DNA of 31,243 nt from Acidimicrobiales bacterium. GTDB taxonomy: Bacteria; Actinomycetota; Acidimicrobiia; Acidimicrobiales; VFJN01. Under the pieces are notes generated by a model, which worked only from the letters and a program-made list of their open reading frames with translations, was not told the DNA's origin and did no database searches. The translations under genes and the position numbers were made by a program. This document shows, piece after piece, positions 8,045 to 15,898 of the stretch. The stretch lies in NCBI GenBank assembly GCA_039927735.1, contig JBDSUN010000064.1, positions 1 through 31,243 of the forward strand, given 5' to 3'. Numbering within the stretch: the stretch's first letter is position 1; every line of letters begins with the position of its first letter.

Positions 8045-9148
8045 TCAGCGCGTTGCGGTGCCCGAAGTGTAGAACGCGCCGGTGCGCGTGCCGGTCGGGA
8101 GATCCGTGCCGGGCTCCAGAGCGGCGTAGGGACCGACCACGCAGTCGTCCCCGATGGTGCTCAGGCGGGCCACGGTGTGCTCGAGGGTGGTGTGCTCGCC
8201 CACCGTGCAGTCCACGAGCCGGCAGCCCGGCCCGATCTCCACGCCGGCGCCGATGGTGGTGCGGCCCTGGAGGATGGTGCCCGGGAAGAGGGTCACGTCG
8301 GCGGCCAGCGACACGGTGGTGTCGACGTAGGTGGAGGCCGGGTCCACCATCGTCACGCCCCGGGCCAGCCACTCGGCGTTGGTGCGGGCCCGGAGCTCGG
8401 CCTCGGCGTGGGCCAGCTGGGCTCGATCGTTGATGCCGTGGGTCTCGTCGGCGTCGGCGGCCACCACCGTCACCACCCGGTGCCCGGCATCGGCCAGCAC
8501 CTCCACCACGTCGGTGAGGTAGTACTCGCCCTGGGCGTTGTCCGGGTGCACCATCCGCAGCGCGGGCGCCAGCAGGCTGCGCCGGAAGCAGAAGATGCCG
8601 GTGTTGATCTCGTCGATCTCCAGCTCGTCGGGGGCAGCGTCGCGCTGCTCCACGATTCGGGCGACGCGGTCGTCCTTGCCCAGCCGCACGATGCGGCCGT
8701 AGCCAGTGGGGTCGCCGAAGCGGGCGGTGAGGATGGTGCAGGCGGCGCCGGAGTGGCGGTGCTCCGCCACGAGGTCGGCGACGGTGCGGGCCCGCAGCAG
8801 CGGCGTGTCACCCGGCAGGACGAGCAGGTCGACGTCGTCGTCGAGGTCGTCATCGGGCAGGCCGGTGAGGCCGACGGCCACGGCGTCGCCCGTCCCCCGC
8901 TGGACGGCCTGCTCCACGAACTCGAGGCGCAGGCCGGCACTGTCCTCGGTGAGCTTCTTGGTCACTCGCTCCGCCCCGTGGCCCACCACCACCACGGCAT
9001 GGTCGATCTCGGCGGCCGGCAGCGCATCGAGGACGTACAGCACCATGGCCCGCCCGCACAGCAGGTGCAGCGGCTTGGGCCGGGTCGACCGCATCCGCGA
9101 CCCCTCCCCGGCAGCCAGCACGACAGCGGACAGGCGACGTTCGCTCAT
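8045..9148 (-). CDS. glmU: GlmU-type GlcNAc-1-phosphate uridyltransferase, C-terminally truncated (367 aa; acetyltransferase site missing)
   Basis: LAAGEGSRMRS, GTGDA, GDTPL, GYGRIVR, EINTG, NAQGEYYLTD and GINDRAQL, followed by a partial left-handed beta-helix. Sits in the canonical slot before prs. Confidence 0.92.
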   Translation of the reverse strand: MSERRLSAVVLAAGEGSRMRSTRPKPLHLLCGRAMVLYVLDALPAAEIDHAVVVVGHGAERVTKKLTEDSAGLRLEFVEQAVQRGTGDAVAVGLTGLPDDDLDDDVDLLVLPGDTPLLRARTVADLVAEHRHSGAACTILTARFGDPTGYGRIVRLGKDDRVARIVEQRDAAPDELEIDEINTGIFCFRRSLLAPALRMVHPDNAQGEYYLTDVVEVLADAGHRVVTVVAADADETHGINDRAQLAHAEAELRARTNAEWLARGVTMVDPASTYVDTTVSLAADVTLFPGTILQGRTTIGAGVEIGPGCRLVDCTVGEHTTLEHTVARLSTIGDDCVVGPYAALEPGTDLPTGTRTGAFYTSGTATR

Positions 9149-9192
9149 GCGAACAGGTCTACCGCGCCCCGCCCCCGGCCAAGCGCACACCT

Positions 9193-9249
9193 CCAGGATC
9201 TGTGTGCGGAAATGCGCACCATGTGCGCACAGGCGCACACAGATCCTGG
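9193..9249. repeat. Intergenic two-tier hairpin A (REP-like)
   Basis: 16-bp perfect outer stem ccaggatctgtgtgcg/cgcacacagatcctgg, 4x4 internal loop, 7-bp inner stem tgcgcac/gtgcgca. Confidence 0.8.
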
Positions 9250-9253
9250 GGGG

Positions 9254-9709
9254 TCAGCCGAGGCGCTCGGCGTCGACGTCGCCCTCGACGACCTGGACGT
9301 AGTAGCGGCCGTCGAGGCCGTCGGCGGTGACGGTGTCGATGTCGACGGTCTCGCCGTCGCTGAGGACGACCGCGACCGAGGTGGTGTTGCTGGCGGCCTT
9401 GCCGAACACGACGGTCTGGTCGCCGAAGGTGGCGTCCTGGGGGGTGAGGGTGCAGGCGCCGGTGAGCTGGGCGCCGTCCTCGTAGAGAAAGGCGCAGAAG
9501 TCCCCCTCGACGTCGCGCAGGGCGTCGACCCGCCACTCGACGCCGTCGAGGGTGCCCTCGTCGAGGGTGACGGATCGCTCGGCATCCGGGTCCTCCTGCT
9601 GGTTGAGGGCGGCGCCTACGACGAAGCCGACGATCACCACCGCCGGCAGGAGCAGCGCGATGGTGAGGCAGCCGGGGCCTGAGCGCTTGGCTTCGGGGTT
9701 GGAGGGCAT
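9254..9709 (-). CDS. Membrane-anchored hypothetical protein (151 aa) with an acidic extracytoplasmic domain and a Cys pair
   Basis: N-terminal TM segment LTIALLLPAVVIVGFVVGAAL and high GC3. The upstream ORF extension overlaps the tRNA and was discarded. Confidence 0.8.
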   Translation of the reverse strand: MPSNPEAKRSGPGCLTIALLLPAVVIVGFVVGAALNQQEDPDAERSVTLDEGTLDGVEWRVDALRDVEGDFCAFLYEDGAQLTGACTLTPQDATFGDQTVVFGKAASNTTSVAVVLSDGETVDIDTVTADGLDGRYYVQVVEGDVDAERLG

Positions 9710-9712
9710 GGG

Positions 9713-9785
9713 CTCGGGGGGGAGGACTCGAACCTCCAACAGCCGGCTCCAAAGGCCGGTGTTCTGCCAATTGAACTACCCCCGA
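9713..9785 (-). tRNA. tRNA-Gln (anticodon TTG); CCA not encoded
   Basis: Full cloverleaf: TCGGGGG/CCCCCGA acceptor, GTTC/GAAC D-stem, CCGGC-CTTTGGA-GCCGG anticodon arm, GGAGG-TTCGAGT-CCTCC T-arm, discriminator G. Located upstream of glmU as in other actinobacteria. Confidence 0.97.
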
Positions 9786-9801
9786 TCGGGCAGCCCTCAG
9801 G

Positions 9802-10956
9802 CTACGTCAGCACCTCACGGAGCTTGAGGCGTCTTCCGGTGCGCACGATGGCGCGGCCGTAGATGGTCGACCCGAACCGGATGGTGAGCGCGATGGCCAC
9901 CACCAGCAGTCCGAGGGAGACGGCCAGCTCCACCGGGCTGGTGACGCCGACCGCGACCCGGGTCGGCGTCATCAGCGGGGAGGTGAGGGGGACGTAGCTG
10001 AGCACCGTGCCCAGCGGGCTGTCGGCGGCGCTCTGGGCGACGAGGAAGGTGCCCACGAGGACGAAGGTGAGCGGCGTGACCGCGGAGCCGGCCTCCTCCT
10101 GGCGCTCCACCAGCGCTCCGAGGGCGGCGGAGAGCGTGAGGTAGAGGGCCAGGCCGAGCACGAACCAGGCGGCGCTCCCGGCCAGCGCTCCGCCCAGCCC
10201 CTCGGGCAGGTCACCCCCGAGGCCGAGCTTCACCACCACCGGGAGGAAGCCGGCCGCCAGGGTGCCGAGCCCGGCCAGGCCGACCCCCAGCACCTTGCCG
10301 AAGAGCAGCACGCCGGGGCGCACGATGGGCAGCAGCACCTCGCTGATCCGGTTGGCCTTCTCCACCGCCGTCCCGGTGGCCACCTGGGCCATGAGGCTGA
10401 GGAGGAGGATGTAGAGCACGAGCGACAGCACGAAGGACGCGGCCCGACGGGAGGTCGTCTCCTGCTGCACCTCTTGCAGGCGCGGCCCGGGGGCGGCGAT
10501 GACGTCTTGGACCTCGGCCTCGCTCAGGCCGGCTGCGCCGAGCCGTTCGACGAGGGCGGCGGTGGACAGCGCCTGGCCGGCCGCCCCCACCAGCCGGTCG
10601 TTCTCGCCGGCCTGCACGATGATCCGGGGGTCGTCGCCGGCCACCACACCGATGTCGGCCTCGTCATCTTCCACCCGGCGCTGGGCGGTGGCGATCTGGT
10701 CGACGGTGGTGATGTCGAGCTCGGCGTCGAGGTTCTGCTCCAGGCCGAGCAGCGCCTCCTCGACGATGGGGGCGTCGCCCACCAGCACGATGTCGTAGCG
10801 GGTGGCGCCCTCGTCGCCGATGATCTCCGGCACGATCATGGCGGCGGTGGACCCCACCAGCAGCACACCGAAGACGGCCCAGAAGCTCTTGCGCCGGGCC
10901 GCCTCCCGCAGCTCCCGGCTGGCCACCAACCACACCAGCGACCGGTTGCTGCTCAC
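9802..10956 (-). CDS. ABC-2 type transporter permease (NatB/YhaP-like)
   Basis: TM1, a large loop, then five TMs; AVEKANRISEVLL and LFGKVLG. GTGA overlap with the ATPase gene. Confidence 0.9.
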   Translation of the reverse strand: MSSNRSLVWLVASRELREAARRKSFWAVFGVLLVGSTAAMIVPEIIGDEGATRYDIVLVGDAPIVEEALLGLEQNLDAELDITTVDQIATAQRRVEDDEADIGVVAGDDPRIIVQAGENDRLVGAAGQALSTAALVERLGAAGLSEAEVQDVIAAPGPRLQEVQQETTSRRAASFVLSLVLYILLLSLMAQVATGTAVEKANRISEVLLPIVRPGVLLFGKVLGVGLAGLGTLAAGFLPVVVKLGLGGDLPEGLGGALAGSAAWFVLGLALYLTLSAALGALVERQEEAGSAVTPLTFVLVGTFLVAQSAADSPLGTVLSYVPLTSPLMTPTRVAVGVTSPVELAVSLGLLVVAIALTIRFGSTIYGRAIVRTGRRLKLREVLT

Positions 10957-11915
10957 CGTTCGCTCCCATGGTGGTCCTCGTCGTGGCGTGGCTGGTCGGG
11001 CTCGGCGCCGAGGACGGCGGCGTCAGCACCGGCGGCGTCGAGGAACAGCTCCGACAGGCTCGGCGCCTCCACCGCGAAGTCGGTGACGGTGACGTGCTGG
11101 CGCACCGCGTCGAGGACTGCGCCGGCATCGGTGCCCGGCGCCATCCGCACCCGGCAACCCGACGCATCGGTGCTGTCCACCTCCGCCTCGAGCCCCTCCA
11201 CCCACGACGGCTCCACCTGTACATCGACGCGCAGGAAGCGGTCGGGGCTGTCGGCCTTCAGCTGGCGCACGTCGCCCTGCAGCACCACCGTGCCCTGGTG
11301 GATGAGGGTGATCGACTCGCAGAGATCCTCGACGAGGTCGAGCTGGTGGCTGGAGAACAGGAGGATGCGCCCGGCCCGCACGTGGTCGCCGATCACCTCG
11401 GACAGGAACGCCACGGCCACCGGGTCGAGGCCGGCGAAGGGCTCATCCAGCACGAGCACCTCGGGCTCGTGGACCATGGCGGCCGCCAGCTGCACCCGCT
11501 GGGCCATGCCGCCGGAGAGGTCCTCCACCTTGTCGCCGTGCCGGTCACCCAGGCCGAGGCGCTCGAGCAGCGCAACGGCCTGCGCCTCACCGGTGGCCTT
11601 GCCGAGACCGTGGAGGCGAGCGATCCAGGTGAGCTGGTCGAGCACCCGCATGTCCCGGTAGAGGCCGCGCTCCTGGGGCATGTACCCCCAGCCGCGCCGG
11701 TCGTCCTCGGTGGCCGGCCGGCCCTGCCACTCCACGGTGCCGGCATCGGGCTGGAGCACCCCGAACAGGATCCGCATGAGGGTGGTCTTGCCGGCGCCAT
11801 TGGGGCCGAGCAGCCCGATCACCTGACCGGCCGGCACCTCGAGGTCCACCCCGTCGAGCACCACCCGTTCCCCGAACCGCTGACTGATCCCCCGCGCCAC
11901 GAGGTCGTCGGCCAT
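10953..11915 (-). CDS. ABC transporter ATP-binding protein
   Basis: GPNGAGKTT, LSGGMAQR, LVLDEP and SSH. Confidence 0.95.
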   Translation of the reverse strand: MADDLVARGISQRFGERVVLDGVDLEVPAGQVIGLLGPNGAGKTTLMRILFGVLQPDAGTVEWQGRPATEDDRRGWGYMPQERGLYRDMRVLDQLTWIARLHGLGKATGEAQAVALLERLGLGDRHGDKVEDLSGGMAQRVQLAAAMVHEPEVLVLDEPFAGLDPVAVAFLSEVIGDHVRAGRILLFSSHQLDLVEDLCESITLIHQGTVVLQGDVRQLKADSPDRFLRVDVQVEPSWVEGLEAEVDSTDASGCRVRMAPGTDAGAVLDAVRQHVTVTDFAVEAPSLSELFLDAAGADAAVLGAEPDQPRHDEDHHGSER

Positions 11916-12010
11916 GGGCCCAGTCTGCCTGCCCCACCGTCGGCCCCTCGATCCCGCTGTTCACACTTCGGTCCCGTTCCGCCCCTGGAGGGGTGGTGCA
12001 GGATGCGACG

Positions 12011-12484
12011 GTGGACCTCGATGCTCGGGTAGAGCAGGTGCGGGCGGCCTATGTGGCCGTCCACCTGCCGCTCTGGCGGGCGGTGCTGGCCTACAGCGGC
12101 TCGGTGGAGGTGGCCGACGAGGCGGTGGCCGAGGCCTTCGCCCAGCTGCTCCGCCGCGGCGACGGGGTGGATGACCCCTCCGCCTGGGTGTGGCGCTCCG
12201 CCTTCCGGATCGCGGCCGGCGAGCTGAAGCGCCGGAGCTCGGCCGCGATGACGGGCGGCGTGCCCGACGTCGGGGTCTGGCTGCCCGAGCCGGCCCTCGA
12301 CCTGATGGCGGCCCTGCACCACCTCAGCGTGCAGCAGCGGGCCTGCGTCGTCCTGTGCGACCTGGCCGGCCACGGCGCGCCAGAAGCGGCCCGCCTGCTC
12401 GGCACCACCGCCGCCACCGTGCGCGTGCAGCGCATGCGGGCCCGCCGGCGCCTGCGCGACCTCCTGGAGGACCACGATGCCTGA
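12011..12484 (+). CDS. ECF RNA polymerase sigma factor (alternative start 11993)
   Basis: Sigma2-like region (ADEAVAEAF, AWVWRSAFR) and sigma4.2 region (LSVQQRACVVL...EAARLLGTTAATVRVQRMRARRRL). CAGGAT-N6-GTG start. Confidence 0.88.
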   Translation: MDLDARVEQVRAAYVAVHLPLWRAVLAYSGSVEVADEAVAEAFAQLLRRGDGVDDPSAWVWRSAFRIAAGELKRRSSAAMTGGVPDVGVWLPEPALDLMAALHHLSVQQRACVVLCDLAGHGAPEAARLLGTTAATVRVQRMRARRRLRDLLEDHDA

Positions 12485-14483
12485 TCCCTACGACCCCGAC
12501 GCCGTCCGCCGAGCCCTCGACGAGGCGAGTCCGGCCGCCGATCTCTGGGCCGAGGCCGAACGCCGAGCCGCCGACCGCTCGGTCGTGCCACTGGCCACCG
12601 GTGGCGGTCGCCGTCCCGGGCGGTGGCTGGCGGTGGCCGCCATCGCGGCGCTGGCGGTCAGCACGGTGGCCGTGATCACCAGCGACGACGACCAGGCCGT
12701 CGACACCAACCCGAGCGACAGCTCGCCTCGCACGAGTGGCCCGCTGTGCGACTTCGCCAGCCCGCGCATCCTGCAGCGCGGTCCCGCCCCCGCCCTCATC
12801 ACCCCGGAGCGCACCGACACCGGGCGCGTCTACTTCTCGGGGCTGGGCCCCGCCATGCTGGCGGCCGACACGCAGCAGCTCGAGGTGGCGGTGCCGTCCG
12901 ACCCCCGGGCGGATGCCGATGCCCGGGAGACGACCCCGGTCGAGCTGGAGCGCGGCAGCGCGCTGCTGCGCACCACCCCCTACTTCACGCAGGTGCGTTG
13001 GGAGCCCGAGGGCGCCGGGCTCTGCGCCACCTTCTCCGTCACGCTGCAGTCCCGTCCCTCCGACGCCACCACCCAGGTGGTCGTCGATCTGGCCAACGAC
13101 ATCGAGCTGCTCGGCGAGCTCCCCGCCGGCGGCCAGCTGACGTCCGTCGCCGACCCCACCGACTGCCGCGTCGCCATCAGCGGCGAGCCCGTGAGCCTCC
13201 CGAGACTGGGTCCAGTCGACCAACCGATCCTCGGCTCCCTCGGTGCTGCGCCCGACCAGGCGACGGTCCAATACCAGCTGGGCTCGCAGCGAGCGGAGGT
13301 GAGCGTGCCCGGCTTCACCGTCCAGGACCTCCTCGGCGAGCGGGTGGAGGACCTCGAGCTGGCCCGGGGGACCGCCCAGATCTGGTTCACAGAAGACTTC
13401 GTGCAGGTGCGCTGGTTCCCCGGCGGCGACGAGCCGTGCGACTCCTTCACCGTCACGGTGGCCGGCGGTACGGAGGACTCCAACCGACACGTCGCCGTCG
13501 ACCTCGCCGACCGCCTGCTCCTCGCCAGCGACCTCGCCGGCCCCTCCCTGCGCGGCACCGAGTGGCAGCTCGAGCGCTCCACCATCGACGGCCAGCCGAC
13601 GGATGGCGACGGCTCCACCTTCCGCTTCCGCCAGAACGACGTCTCCTGGAGCGACGGCTGCAACCAGTTCAACGGCTCGTTCCGGCAGGACTTCGCCACC
13701 CAGCTCGTCATCGGGGGCGACGACCCCACCACTGCGGCCACAGGCACCAAGATCTACTGCCCGCCGAACGCAACGTCCGACGCTGTCAGCACCGTCATGG
13801 CCTCCAACCATCGCATCGACGTCCGCTATGAGGACAACCTCCTGATCCTCACTGCCGGCCTCACCGAGCTGGTGCTGCGTCCACTGGCCGGCGCTGCGGA
13901 GAACGGGTCCACGACCGCTGGCGAGGGCTTCGCGATCTGGCCCGAGACGTCGCCGGGCGATGTTGGCGACGGCGACGGGACCCTCCGATCCGGCTCGACG
14001 GCTGCAGTTCGGTTTGCTGACGAGGTCCTGGGCTGGACTGACGCAGCCACCGAAGCGGACCAGAGCGAGCCGAGCGAAGACGGCCGTGAGGGCGGGGAGG
14101 TGCACACTGTCCGTAGCCCGTCACGTGGCTCTTCGGTGAGCGTCAACGTCGCTCCGGCCCGCCTCGCAGGCCCGGGACCGTTCGTCTACGTCGTGTACCG
14201 AGTCGACGTGCCGGGTCGCACCGAAAGTCCAGGCGCCGAGGAGTCCGTTCGCGTTGCGGGCTCGGCCGCAACCGCAGTGGTCTTGCCTGTGGGCGACGCG
14301 TCGGTGCGGGTGCGGTTCATCTACGGCGACGACAGCGCCGCAGTCGACGGCTTCGGCCGAGTCACCATCGATCGGGATCCGCTCGCACCTGGTGCCGTGC
14401 TCGTGCTCCTGTTGGACATCGACGACGAGGTCATCGGGGCGTGGGGCCGGGCGCTGCCGGCGGGCGATTTCGCCGTCGGCTGA
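12477..14483 (+). CDS. Putative membrane anti-sigma factor with two tandem novel repeats, a META domain and a C-terminal module
   Basis: Overlaps the sigma gene stop. Short cytoplasmic N-terminus, TM at about aa 50-68. META motif (WQL...GCN-FNG...T-IYC) at about aa 357-469. Confidence 0.8.
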   Translation: MPDPYDPDAVRRALDEASPAADLWAEAERRAADRSVVPLATGGGRRPGRWLAVAAIAALAVSTVAVITSDDDQAVDTNPSDSSPRTSGPLCDFASPRILQRGPAPALITPERTDTGRVYFSGLGPAMLAADTQQLEVAVPSDPRADADARETTPVELERGSALLRTTPYFTQVRWEPEGAGLCATFSVTLQSRPSDATTQVVVDLANDIELLGELPAGGQLTSVADPTDCRVAISGEPVSLPRLGPVDQPILGSLGAAPDQATVQYQLGSQRAEVSVPGFTVQDLLGERVEDLELARGTAQIWFTEDFVQVRWFPGGDEPCDSFTVTVAGGTEDSNRHVAVDLADRLLLASDLAGPSLRGTEWQLERSTIDGQPTDGDGSTFRFRQNDVSWSDGCNQFNGSFRQDFATQLVIGGDDPTTAATGTKIYCPPNATSDAVSTVMASNHRIDVRYEDNLLILTAGLTELVLRPLAGAAENGSTTAGEGFAIWPETSPGDVGDGDGTLRSGSTAAVRFADEVLGWTDAATEADQSEPSEDGREGGEVHTVRSPSRGSSVSVNVAPARLAGPGPFVYVVYRVDVPGRTESPGAEESVRVAGSAATAVVLPVGDASVRVRFIYGDDSAAVDGFGRVTIDRDPLAPGAVLVLLLDIDDEVIGAWGRALPAGDFAVG

Positions 14484-14508
14484 GGGCGCCGGTAGCGTGG
14501 CAACCCTC

Positions 14509-14610
14509 ATGGGTTCACTGATCAAGAAGCGCCGCAAGCGCATGCGCAAGAAGAAGCACAAGAAGATGCTGAAGCGCACGCGGTTCAAGCGCAGAGCAGC
14601 CGGCAAGTAG
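14509..14610 (+). CDS. Small ribosomal subunit protein bS22 (AURKAIP1/COX24 family), 33 aa
   Basis: MGSLIKKRRKRMRKKKHKKMLKRTRFKRRAAGK closely matches mycobacterial bS22 (MGSVIKKRRKRM...). TAGCGT box upstream. Confidence 0.93.
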   Translation: MGSLIKKRRKRMRKKKHKKMLKRTRFKRRAAGK

Positions 14611-14639
14611 CCGGCGCGCTCCCCGCACCACATCTTCTG

Positions 14640-14674
14640 GCGACCGACCGCCTCCTCCGGGAGGCGGTCGTCGC
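14640..14674 (+). terminator. GC-rich hairpin after the bS22 gene; candidate terminator without U-tract
   Basis: cgaccgcctcc-tccg-ggaggcggtcg 11-bp stem, plus gcga/tcgc extension. Confidence 0.55.
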
Positions 14675-14689
14675 GCGTCAGGCGGCACG

Positions 14690-15850
14690 GTGGCTGGGGT
14701 AAGGGCTGACCGGACGCGGCCGACCGCGGCCGCCGTTGCAGTGATGTTCGCTGTGAACGGGCTGGCCCTGGGATCGTGGCTGCCTCGCCTGCCGGAGGTG
14801 CGAGACCAGCTGGACGTGGGCGACGCCGCCCTCGGGCTCACGCTGCTCGGTGCGGGCGTGGGTGGCCTGGCCATGAGCCTGGCCGCCGGCCGCATCGTGG
14901 ACCGGATCGGTAGCCGACGGGCGATGGTGTCGACCTCGATCGCGTTGGCGCTTCTGCTGCCCGGCATCGCGTGGGCGCCCTCGCCGGGGGTGCTCTTCGG
15001 CGTGCTGGTCGCCATCGGGGCCGTCGACGGGGTCACGGACGTGGCGCAGAACTCCCAAGCCCTCGAGCTGCAACGGCACCGCCAGCGGTCGCTCCTCTCC
15101 CGCATGCACGCCGCCTGGTCCGTCGGCAGCCTGACGGGCGGGGTGGTGGCCAGTCGGGCGGCGGCGGCCAACGTGTCGTTGGGGACCCACCTCACCGTCA
15201 CCGCCGGCGGCCTCGCCCTGGCCTGCCTGCTCGCCGCCCCGCACCTCCTCCCGGATGAAACCAGGGCCGAGACCCGTGCCGCGGCGGCCGACGGGCGCTC
15301 GGCCCGGATCGGTCTGCTCGGGCTGCTGTTCGGCGTGGGGGTCATCAGCGTCCTCACGGAGAACCCGCCGATGGAGTGGGCGTCCCTCCTGGTCAGCCAG
15401 CGCTTCGACGTCGCCACCGGGACGGCCGGGCTCGGGTTCGTGGCCTTCACGGCCGGCATGGTTGCCGGGCGCCTGTCCGGGGATCGGGTCGTGGACCGCA
15501 TCGGCCCGGAGGGCACCCGCCGGTGCGGGGCCGCCACCGCCGCGGTCGGCATCGCGTGCATCGCCGTCAGCCCGGGCCTGAGCCTGGCCCTGGCCGGGTT
15601 CGTCCTGGCGGGGGTGGGGGCGTCATCGCAGTTCCCGATGGCCGTGCGTCGGGCCGGGGAGCTGGTGGCGGGTTCGCGCGGTGTAGCCCGCTTCAGCGCT
15701 GGGACCCGGGCCGGGATGCTGGTCGGTTCGCCGGTGATGGGCGTCCTCAGCGCCGCCACGTCCCGCACGACGGCCCTCGTGCTGGTGGCCGGCACCGCGG
15801 CCGTGATCGCGGCGCTGCTCCGGCTGCCCGACGTCCCTTCATCCGACTGA
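14690..15850 (+). CDS. MFS transporter (start uncertain)
   Basis: About 12 TM segments and MFS motif A (GRIVDRIGSRR; repeated as SGDRVVDRIGP). Confidence 0.9.
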   Translation: MAGVRADRTRPTAAAVAVMFAVNGLALGSWLPRLPEVRDQLDVGDAALGLTLLGAGVGGLAMSLAAGRIVDRIGSRRAMVSTSIALALLLPGIAWAPSPGVLFGVLVAIGAVDGVTDVAQNSQALELQRHRQRSLLSRMHAAWSVGSLTGGVVASRAAAANVSLGTHLTVTAGGLALACLLAAPHLLPDETRAETRAAAADGRSARIGLLGLLFGVGVISVLTENPPMEWASLLVSQRFDVATGTAGLGFVAFTAGMVAGRLSGDRVVDRIGPEGTRRCGAATAAVGIACIAVSPGLSLALAGFVLAGVGASSQFPMAVRRAGELVAGSRGVARFSAGTRAGMLVGSPVMGVLSAATSRTTALVLVAGTAAVIAALLRLPDVPSSD

Positions 15851-15898
15851 CCCGATTTCGACCAGCGCCGGCCGGCCATGGCGAGGGCGACTACTCGG

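Noticed and set aside
9254-9800. Integrative element at tRNA-Gln
   Set aside because: No duplicated tRNA 3' end (att site), integrase or compositional island was seen.
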